In this document: in pieces, positions 1 through 5,413 of the stretch
Numbering within the stretch: position 1 is the stretch's first letter
Layout: each line of letters opens with the position of its first letter
IMG/VR virus record: IMGVR_UViG_3300029565_000072
Location: 1-6,042 of that record
From: a virus
DNA length: 6,042 nt
Direction: 5' to 3' (one strand)
Notes under the pieces: model-generated
What the model was told of the DNA's origin: nothing
Databases searched by the model: none
What the model saw: only the letters and a program-made list of their open reading frames with translations
Position numbers and translations under genes: made by a program

Positions 1-75
1 GTTAAAAGGAGCCGGAAATATAAAATTAAATATTGCGAAAACATATAATAACAATAACGATGGAATATACGTTAT
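1..75. repeat. Left copy of the 75-nt terminal redundancy (circular-contig overlap)
   Basis: Bases 1..75 (gttaaaaggagccggaaatataaaatt...ggaatatacgttat) are identical base for base to 5968..6042. Confidence 0.97.
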
Positions 76-1426
76 CGGAATAGATCAAAAGAGTATAAAT
101 ATAGTCCCCCAAACTACTATAACAGCATCTGTAGTCTTAACCGATTACAAAGATTTTTGGAACAGTATAAAAGTGAAAGTATTGGAAAGTGACGGAGGGC
201 TATATAATAAAACATTAGCCCAATTAACAAAAAACGCAGCAACTCCTACCATCGTTCTAAACAATATGAGTGCTGATCCATACGCAACAATATTACAATT
301 TTTCATAACAAAAGAAACGCTGAAATTCATAAAAACCGAATTAGGTCAATACAACCTAAAATTGCTTGATCAAATTAGAGATGTAATCTTGCACAAAAAG
401 GGTAACGAAAGACTAATAATTTATGGAGATTACCTAAACGCAAATAATGGCGGATCAAAAGAATTACAAGAAATGATCAATGATCTAGTAAATTCTCAAA
501 CAAATAAACTAGGAGGAATGCTGTTAAAAACATACGACAGCGATATTTTTAATAACTGGGTAAAAACGGACTGGATCGACGGGGCCGGAGGCATCACAGA
601 GATAACAAGCATTGACATCACAGCCAATGACGGAAAGTTAACAATGGATGCATTGAATTTGCAACAAAAAGTCTACAACATGCTGAACAGAATCGCAATA
701 TCGGGAGGCACATATCGAGACTGGCTGGAAACAGTATACACAGCAGGAAAATATCTTGACAGACCTGAGACACCTGTATTTATCGGAGGTATGACGCAAT
801 ATATCGAATTCGACGAAGTGATATCAAAAAGCGCAACAGAAACAACATACGGCAGTCAACCACTCGGAGACATCGCAGCAATCGGAAGAGGAGGTAAACC
901 ACTGAATAACGGACACATACACTATCAATGCGAAGAACCGGGGTACATTATGGGACTAATGGCAATCACACCGATGATTGACTATTCACAAGGTAACGAC
1001 TTCGATTTAAATTTACAAACAATCGACGATCTACATAAACCAGCACTCGACGGAATCGGATATCAAGACCTAATCCAAGAACAAATGGTTGGAGAAACAT
1101 CCAAATACGAAAACAGTGGAACTATAAACGGTTTAAAACATCTAGCAGCAAACAAGACCGTCGCTTGGATCGACTATATGACAAATTACAACCGTACATT
1201 CGGAGATTTTGCAGCCGGAGAAGCATTAGACTTCATGGTATTAAACAGACGTTACGAAGTAGGAAGTAATAACACAATCGAAGACCTGACCACATACATC
1301 GATCCACAGAAATATATCGAAATTTTCGCCGATACGTCAATCGACAGCCAAAACTTCTGGGTACAAACAGTAATACAGGCAACGAGAAGAGGTAACTATA
1401 GCGCTAAACAAATTCCATTCTTATAA
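2..1426 (+). CDS. VP1: Major capsid protein VP1, C-terminal part (same ORF as 5414..6042; bases 2..75 duplicate 5969..6042)
   Basis: The frame is open from base 2 to TAA at 1424..1426, in the same phase (position mod 3 = 2) as the ATG at 5414. The tracked ORF 173..1426 is only a GTG-started fragment of it. The stretch LNLQQKVYNMLNRIAISGGTYRDWLETVYTAGKYLDRPETPVFIGG matches the conserved F-protein core motif (LQ...R.G.RY.E...FG...RPE.lGG). The joined length is 1,980 nt, or 659 aa. Confidence 0.93.
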   Translation, partial: LKGAGNIKLNIAKTYNNNNDGIYVIGIDQKSINIVPQTTITASVVLTDYKDFWNSIKVKVLESDGGLYNKTLAQLTKNAATPTIVLNNMSADPYATILQFFITKETLKFIKTELGQYNLKLLDQIRDVILHKKGNERLIIYGDYLNANNGGSKELQEMINDLVNSQTNKLGGMLLKTYDSDIFNNWVKTDWIDGAGGITEITSIDITANDGKLTMDALNLQQKVYNMLNRIAISGGTYRDWLETVYTAGKYLDRPETPVFIGGMTQYIEFDEVISKSATETTYGSQPLGDIAAIGRGGKPLNNGHIHYQCEEPGYIMGLMAITPMIDYSQGNDFDLNLQTIDDLHKPALDGIGYQDLIQEQMVGETSKYENSGTINGLKHLAANKTVAWIDYMTNYNRTFGDFAAGEALDFMVLNRRYEVGSNNTIEDLTTYIDPQKYIEIFADTSIDSQNFWVQTVIQATRRGNYSAKQIPFL

Positions 1427-1428
1427 TT

Positions 1429-1767
1429 ATGAAAACAATAAACAAAATAAGAGTAAACAACTTCAAGGGAATGATCGAGATAACAGAAAAAGGCGAAACC
1501 TTGATCAAAAAAATCCAAAGAATACTTGATGAAAACGAACCATTGACGGACGGAGCACCTATGATCTATACACCTAAACAAGCAGGAGTAAGAGAAGACT
1601 GCAACATACGTACGGACAAATGGGAAATAGCCATGAACGCAATGGATAGAGTCAATAACTACAAATTAAATGAATACCTCAAGAAGGGAGAGACCGAAGC
1701 ACCAAAGACAACAGAAGGCCAAACCGAAGGAGGAACAACTGAAACAAATCCAACTAGAGACAACTAG
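1429..1767 (+). CDS. Small structural-module protein, probable internal scaffolding protein (VP3-like)
   Basis: This 112-aa ORF starts 2 nt after the VP1 stop. The segment NEPLTDGAPMIYTPKQAGVREDCNIRTDKWEIAMNAMDRV resembles the (D/E)GAP.IYT.R..GV.P.YDIRTDR.E.A motif I recall from non-phiX microvirus scaffold proteins. The C-terminal tail is rich in T, E and G. The functional call is from memory, not from a search. Confidence 0.6.
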   Translation: MKTINKIRVNNFKGMIEITEKGETLIKKIQRILDENEPLTDGAPMIYTPKQAGVREDCNIRTDKWEIAMNAMDRVNNYKLNEYLKKGETEAPKTTEGQTEGGTTETNPTRDN

Positions 1768-1801
1768 TCGGGTACGACTACGAACACTATATGCGAAAAG
1801 G

Positions 1802-1830
1802 GCGGATGTAAATATTTATATCCGCTTTTT
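1802..1830 (+). terminator. Rho-independent terminator after the VP1/VP3-like module
   Basis: Stem gcggatgta (1802..1810) pairs with tatatccgc (1817..1825), including one G.T wobble. A T5 run follows at 1826..1830 and an A4 run precedes at 1796..1799. The element lies 35 nt downstream of the stop at 1767. Confidence 0.7.
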
Positions 1831-1846
1831 AAAGCCAAAAAAGCAC

Positions 1847-1874
1847 AGTACGCATATAGCATATTATATCAAGT
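1847..1874 (+). promoter_or_regulatory. dif-like 28-bp site (candidate XerC/XerD recombination target)
   Basis: AGTACGCATAT-AGCATA-TTATATCAAGT aligns with E. coli dif GGTGCGCATAA-TGTATA-TTATGTTAAAT at 20 of 28 positions, in the same 11-6-11 layout. The site is in a non-coding spacer. Confidence 0.35.
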
Positions 1875-1930
1875 AAATATAGGTAGAGCTTCTTTAAAAG
1901 TAAGCTCGAAGAACGTAAAAATTTATTATC

Positions 1931-3007
1931 ATGGGATTAGGAGCAACATTAGCAAATGCAGCAACCTCGGGATTAGCAGGTGCTGTAACCGGAGGAATAG
2001 GATCAATAATCAGTGGTGGCCTAGGACTACTAGGAGGCCTATTCAAAAGAAACAATAACGGATTCAAAAACCAACAGAAACTAATGCAACAAGCATGGGA
2101 GTATGAAAAAGAAGGAATGGGGTTACAATATAACTATGGGCAACAAGCAGCAGACGCTGAATACAAAAGGAATCTTCAAATGTGGAAAGATACCAACTTT
2201 GGAGCTCAAAGAGCCGAAATGGAAGACGCAGGACTAAGCGTAGGGCTTATGTATGGAAACGGAGGAGGACAAGCGGCAAGCACGGCGGGCGGAGACGGAA
2301 TGCAACCAAGCGGACCGAAAATGAATCCCGTAGAGGCAGCACTACAGCAACAAGCAATGGGACTACAACTAAAGCAAATAGAGGCGCAAAACAAGCTTGC
2401 AAATGCCGAAACAGCCAAAACATTAGCCGAAGCAAACAAAATCGCAGGAGTAGACACTAAAGGGCAAGAATTGAGCAATAAGTGGCAAGAGATTGAGAAT
2501 AGAATCCAACTGAGTAAAGAAAACATCGCAGAAAGTAATATAACAGAGGCAGCAGCCAATGCGAAAAAAGCAATCGAGCTATGGAAGCAAGAGGCATTAA
2601 ACACAAAATATCTAGACGAAACTCAAGAGGAAAGAGTAGCAAAACTAGTGTCGGAGATAGCATTATTACAAAAAGAGGGAGCCGTACAAGACTCGATCGT
2701 AGACGTCAACTACAACACCGCAAGAAAGATTCAAAAAGAAGTAGAGAATTTCTACTACGACATGATAACAAGGAGAATGTCCGCAGAAGCAGCGAAAGAA
2801 CAAGCGGCAGCCATGATAGACAAGATCGCAAAAGACTATGAACTCGGAAAAGGACATCTAGAAAACGAAAACCAAAAAAACCTCAGAGAATGGATTTTCG
2901 AAGGAATCGACCAGTTGTCGGGGATCATAGAATCTATAAGCAAGTTCAAACAAGCAAAATCTCTACTCAAGAGACTCGAAAAAGCAATCAGAGAATCAAA
3001 CAAGTAA
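1931..3007 (+). CDS. VP2: Minor capsid / DNA pilot protein VP2 (phiX174 H analogue)
   Basis: The 358-aa product has a glycine-zipper hydrophobic N-terminus (MGLGATLANAATSGLAGAVTGGIGSIISGGLGLLGGLF). The motif FGAQRAEMEDAGLSVGLMYG resembles the conserved VP2 YQR...D...AGLNP.L block. A long A/E/K/Q-rich predicted coiled coil follows. The gene sits between the capsid module and Rep. Confidence 0.85.
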   Translation: MGLGATLANAATSGLAGAVTGGIGSIISGGLGLLGGLFKRNNNGFKNQQKLMQQAWEYEKEGMGLQYNYGQQAADAEYKRNLQMWKDTNFGAQRAEMEDAGLSVGLMYGNGGGQAASTAGGDGMQPSGPKMNPVEAALQQQAMGLQLKQIEAQNKLANAETAKTLAEANKIAGVDTKGQELSNKWQEIENRIQLSKENIAESNITEAAANAKKAIELWKQEALNTKYLDETQEERVAKLVSEIALLQKEGAVQDSIVDVNYNTARKIQKEVENFYYDMITRRMSAEAAKEQAAAMIDKIAKDYELGKGHLENENQKNLREWIFEGIDQLSGIIESISKFKQAKSLLKRLEKAIRESNK

Positions 3008-3008
3008 T

Positions 3009-4049
3009 ATGTGTTATTACACAAAAAAAGTATTAAACAAGCGGTTTCTACCTAATCGTAAGAATGGGTGGAGACCGCCTGTGTGTACAGATGAAAGATT
3101 CAGATATGTGGAAGTAGAATGCGGACACTGTTTCGAATGTCGTAAAAAAAAGAGAAGAGAATGGAGAATCAGAAATTACGAACAACTGAAAGAAACACCT
3201 CATGCAGTGTTTTTTACAGGAACAGTATCTCCAAAAAGATACGAATATATTTGTAAAAAATACAAATTTAAAAATGACGGATCACAAGATAACGAGATAA
3301 TTACAAAAATACACAGATTATTCCTAGAAAGAATCAGAAAAGAAACAGGAAAATCGGTAAAACATTGGTGCGTAACAGAAAAAGGACATACCAATACAAG
3401 AAGAATACACCTACATGGACTATTCTATGCAAGAGAAGGACAAACAAAATGGCAATTAACAAAACTATTATACGAAAATTGGATAGACGGATACAAATAC
3501 TATGGACGTTATGTCAACGAAAGAACAATAAACTATGTATCAAAATACATGACAAAAAAAGATGAAGACAATCCCGACTATATATCAATAGTACTATGCA
3601 GCAAAGGGCTTGGAGCAAACTATGCAAAGGAAAACCAACTAAAACACAGATGGAACAAAGAAAAAACAATTATCACATATAAAGCACATAACGGGCAAGA
3701 CTTACCATTACCAAGATACTACAAAACAACCATATACACAGACGATCAAAGACAATTGTTATGGCTATACGCCGAAGATAAAGGAGTAAAATGGGTGAAA
3801 GGATTCGAAGTGATAGGAGCTAACACGGTGAACAAAGATTACTACGAAAAATTACTCAAAGAAAAAAATGAAAATGGAATCGGTCTACACGAGGATAGTA
3901 TCGAGGAAATCGAAAGAAAAAAAGCGATCAATCGAATGAATAAGCTACAAAATCTGACAAACAGAAAGAAAGCGCAACGAAGGCAAATCAAAAGAGAAGA
4001 GGAAAATATTATGTATCAATACTTATCAGCAGAATATTGTCCATTCTAG
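3009..4049 (+). CDS. VP4: Replication initiation protein VP4 (HUH rolling-circle endonuclease, phiX174 A analogue)
   Basis: The 346-aa ORF starts 1 nt after the VP2 stop. It has a Cys cluster ECGHCFECRKKKRREW and motif 1 AVFFTGTV. The HUH motif RIHLHGLFY has H-L-H encoded at 3408..3416. The catalytic double-Tyr motif INYVSKYMTKK has its tyrosines encoded at 3534..3536 and 3546..3548. The C-terminus is basic. Confidence 0.93.
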   Translation: MCYYTKKVLNKRFLPNRKNGWRPPVCTDERFRYVEVECGHCFECRKKKRREWRIRNYEQLKETPHAVFFTGTVSPKRYEYICKKYKFKNDGSQDNEIITKIHRLFLERIRKETGKSVKHWCVTEKGHTNTRRIHLHGLFYAREGQTKWQLTKLLYENWIDGYKYYGRYVNERTINYVSKYMTKKDEDNPDYISIVLCSKGLGANYAKENQLKHRWNKEKTIITYKAHNGQDLPLPRYYKTTIYTDDQRQLLWLYAEDKGVKWVKGFEVIGANTVNKDYYEKLLKEKNENGIGLHEDSIEEIERKKAINRMNKLQNLTNRKKAQRRQIKREEENIMYQYLSAEYCPF

Positions 4050-4089
4050 TTATCGTTTCACGATAACGTCTTGTCCGTAACGAACGGAC
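4049..4089 (+). promoter_or_regulatory. Two tandem hairpins directly after the VP4 stop
   Basis: Hairpin 1 pairs gttatcg (4049..4055) with cgataac (4061..4067) around loop tttca. Hairpin 2 pairs gtccgt (4073..4078) with acggac (4084..4089) around loop aacga. No T-tract follows either one, so they are not canonical intrinsic terminators. Confidence 0.5.
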
Positions 4090-4140
4090 TACACTATGCA
4101 GAAAGTTTTATTTTAATTTTACAGGGAGGGAAAGGTAGAG

Positions 4141-4183
4141 AAGGACAAAAGGACAGCTACTTACAATATCCGATTAAGGACAG
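4141..4183 (+). repeat. Three direct AAGGACA repeats (iteron-like)
   Basis: AAGGACA occurs at 4141..4147, 4149..4155 and 4176..4182. The core GGACA also occurs inverted as tgtcc at 4072..4076, inside hairpin 2. Confidence 0.35.
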
Positions 4184-4286
4184 GCGTGTACCCAGCCAAA
4201 AGGCCGTGGTATACGCCTTTGGCGATATCAAGGTGCTAACGCTCTAGGGCAACGCCCTAGAACCCTGTATTTATCGCTAGCGCTAT
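4182..4286 (+). promoter_or_regulatory. G+C-enriched structured element (stem-loop cluster); candidate replication origin or structured RNA
   Basis: A long hairpin spans 4182..4218: aggcgtgtacc pairs with ggtatacgcct (11 bp, one G.T), and an inner gcc-aaaa-ggc tip sits at 4195..4204. A perfect 8-bp hairpin tctagggc-aac-gccctaga spans 4243..4261. A possible closing helix pairs gcgata (4222..4227) with tatcgc (4272..4277). Overlapping palindromes cgctagcg (4275..4282) and tagcgcta (4278..4285) follow. By my hand count 4181..4290 is about 53% G+C, in an otherwise A/T-rich genome. Confidence 0.55.
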
Positions 4287-4322
4287 AGAAACGTTAAAGA
4301 AGGTTACAAAAATAAGAGAATA

Positions 4323-4353
4323 TTTGGAGAATCAGAATAAACACGTAAATTTG
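4323..4353 (+). promoter_or_regulatory. Bacteroidota-type sigma-A promoter candidate (-33 TTTG / -7 TAnnTTTG)
   Basis: TTTG at 4323..4326 and TAAATTTG at 4346..4353 are separated by 19 nt. The pair lies in the non-coding region upstream of the small-ORF cassette and VP1. This is the only TAnnTTTG I found in non-coding sequence. Confidence 0.5.
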
Positions 4354-4533
4354 CAAACGTAAGGTTAAGGAAAAACTTATAGAGAATAAGGGTGCGTAAA
4401 GGAAATTTACTAAAGGTAACTGATAAGAAACAATTAAAGAATGGTAATCTATATATGGAAAATGAACTTAACCTTACAATTTATAAATAACAAAAGTATT
4501 AACCATTCCGAACGGAATAACAAAAAAAAAATT

Positions 4534-4746
4534 ATGGCAGCAACAAATTGGACTATCATCAGTAAACACAAAAAAAGCGGAGTACTATGTACATGCGAAC
4601 TAGGAGCTAAATGGACTTATAAAACAGCGCTAGGAATAGCAATTGAATCAAACAACAACGAAACACATGAAGTAGTATGTGTAGTAGAAACAAATAAAAT
4701 ACTGCTAAAAAATGAAAAAGAAGAAGAAAAAAAGACCAATATATAG
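4534..4746 (+). CDS. Hypothetical small protein (70 aa from ATG 4534; the tracked ORF extends upstream to ATG 4441, giving 101 aa)
   Basis: The ORF is on the + strand and is first in a run of four contiguous or overlapping ORFs. The start is ambiguous. The extension from 4441 encodes low-complexity sequence across an A9 run (4522..4530), so I prefer 4534. I recognise no motif. Confidence 0.5.
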   Translation: MAATNWTIISKHKKSGVLCTCELGAKWTYKTALGIAIESNNNETHEVVCVVETNKILLKNEKEEEKKTNI

Positions 4747-4978
4747 TATCGGTCAAAAAAATTTCGATACATTCAAAGTGATGAAATCATTCGTGTGGTA
4801 TAACAGCCACACGGACGAAGAAATACAAGGATTTGAAATGATCGATGATGAAATACAAAAACATTACATATTCATTAAAAAAGAAAGGAGGTTATTATGT
4901 AACATAATTTATGACAAAGAAAAAGTATATAAAGAACAGTGTGAACATTTACAATTAAAATTATTCAAAGATGGATAA
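4712..4978 (+). CDS. Hypothetical small protein (88 aa, lysine-rich N-terminus)
   Basis: The ORF overlaps the previous ORF by 35 nt and the next by 8 nt (ATGGATAA start/stop overlap at 4971..4978). An alternative start is the ATG at 4781. I recognise no motif. Confidence 0.5.
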   Translation: MKKKKKKRPIYSIGQKNFDTFKVMKSFVWYNSHTDEEIQGFEMIDDEIQKHYIFIKKERRLLCNIIYDKEKVYKEQCEHLQLKLFKDG

Positions 4979-5171
4979 AAAAAAGATTATTTACGAGATT
5001 ATCAAAATTATTTGTACTGCAATTATCAGTATTGCAGCAGTTCTAACAGCACAAAGCTGTACTATGTCACTAAGCGTAAGCAAAAATAATAGCAACAGTA
5101 CTCAAAAAACCGAACAAACAACAACTAGTTCAGTTGACAGTACACAAATCAATATTAACCCAAAAAATTAA
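4971..5171 (+). CDS. Small secreted, lipoprotein-like or membrane protein (66 aa)
   Basis: The product starts MDKKK, followed by the hydrophobic stretch IIYEIIKIICTAIISIAAVLTA and then QSC, a lipobox-like ending with Ser at -1 and Cys at +1. The tail after that is rich in S, T, N and Q. The start codon overlaps the upstream stop, suggesting translational coupling. Confidence 0.6.
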   Translation: MDKKKIIYEIIKIICTAIISIAAVLTAQSCTMSLSVSKNNSNSTQKTEQTTTSSVDSTQININPKN

Positions 5172-5176
5172 AAATC

Positions 5177-5410
5177 ATGAACTTAAAAGAAGCTTTCAAA
5201 ATCAGAAGAAAAGACGCAGAATCAAATGACGTTATTATTACTATTGGTAATCACTTGGCTACTGAGCAAGTGTTTAAATCGGAAAAAGAAGCCCAAAAAG
5301 TAATTGACGCAACAGACTGGAATCTAGTGACGGCACTAATATATGCCTGTAAAGAAGCCGACCGATGGGAAGAAGAACAAAAAAGTAACAATAAAAAAGA
5401 GGAGGAATAA
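5177..5410 (+). CDS. Hypothetical small soluble protein (77 aa, acidic C-terminus)
   Basis: The ORF starts 5 nt after the previous stop and ends 3 nt before the VP1 ATG. Its last codons (gag gag gaa) supply the GGAGG upstream of VP1. I recognise no motif. Confidence 0.55.
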   Translation: MNLKEAFKIRRKDAESNDVIITIGNHLATEQVFKSEKEAQKVIDATDWNLVTALIYACKEADRWEEEQKSNNKKEEE

Positions 5411-5413
5411 ACT

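Noticed and set aside
1-75. Reading the 75-nt end repeat as a biological direct terminal repeat, LTR or att duplication.
   Set aside because: It falls in the middle of the capsid coding sequence and preserves its frame exactly. This is the signature of a circular molecule linearised with overlap during assembly. Microviridae virions contain circular ssDNA without terminal repeats.
1861-1874. The minus strand here reads ACTTGATATAATAT, resembling the phiX174 origin core CAACTTG/ATATTAATA (9 contiguous matches, or 13 of 14 with one gap).
   Set aside because: The Rep nick must be on the packaged, mRNA-sense strand, which is the + strand here, and this match is on the opposite strand. The sequence is A/T-rich, and origin conservation across such distant microvirus lineages is not expected. 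On the + strand the only ACTTGAT is inside the VP3-like gene (about 1524..1530), with no further similarity.
1670-1876. A basic 68-aa + strand ORF overlapping the end of the VP3-like gene and running through the spacer; a possible J-like protein.
   Set aside because: It reads straight through the intrinsic terminator hairpin and the dif-like site, so most transcripts would end inside it. Its basic composition is the generic off-frame signature of this A/G-rich genome. I did not rule it out completely, but it is weaker than the candidates nested in VP2.
3246-3253. A second TAnnTTTG match (TATATTTG) that could be an internal promoter.
   Set aside because: It lies inside the VP4 coding sequence, and no TTTG element sits 19-21 nt upstream.
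3365-3565. A basic 66-aa ORF nested in an alternative frame of VP4.
   Set aside because: It starts at TTG with no supporting signal. Its composition is explained by frame-shifted reading of Lys/Glu/Arg-rich Rep codons.
4182-4262. Whether the structured G+C-rich segment is a phage-encoded tRNA.
   Set aside because: There is no cloverleaf: no 7-bp acceptor stem pairing the two ends, no GTTCRA T-loop, and no D-arm consensus. The helices are two independent hairpins.
4885-4902. A strong Shine-Dalgarno-like AAGGAGG (4885..4891) followed 5 nt later by ATG-TAA (4897..4902), a minimal start-stop ORF.
   Set aside because: It lies inside the 4712..4978 coding frame, where it encodes K-E-R-R-L-L-C. 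The presumed Bacteroidota host makes SD-driven initiation unlikely. The next ATG (4911) opens only a 15-codon ORF. It is most likely coincidental.
5396-5405. The AAAGAGGAGG upstream of VP1 as evidence for an SD-using (non-Bacteroidota) host.
   Set aside because: The motif comes from the Glu-Glu-Glu codons at the end of the upstream ORF. None of the other gene starts (1429, 1931, 3009, 4534, 4971, 5177) has an SD-like sequence. It may still boost VP1 translation, but it is not diagnostic of host.
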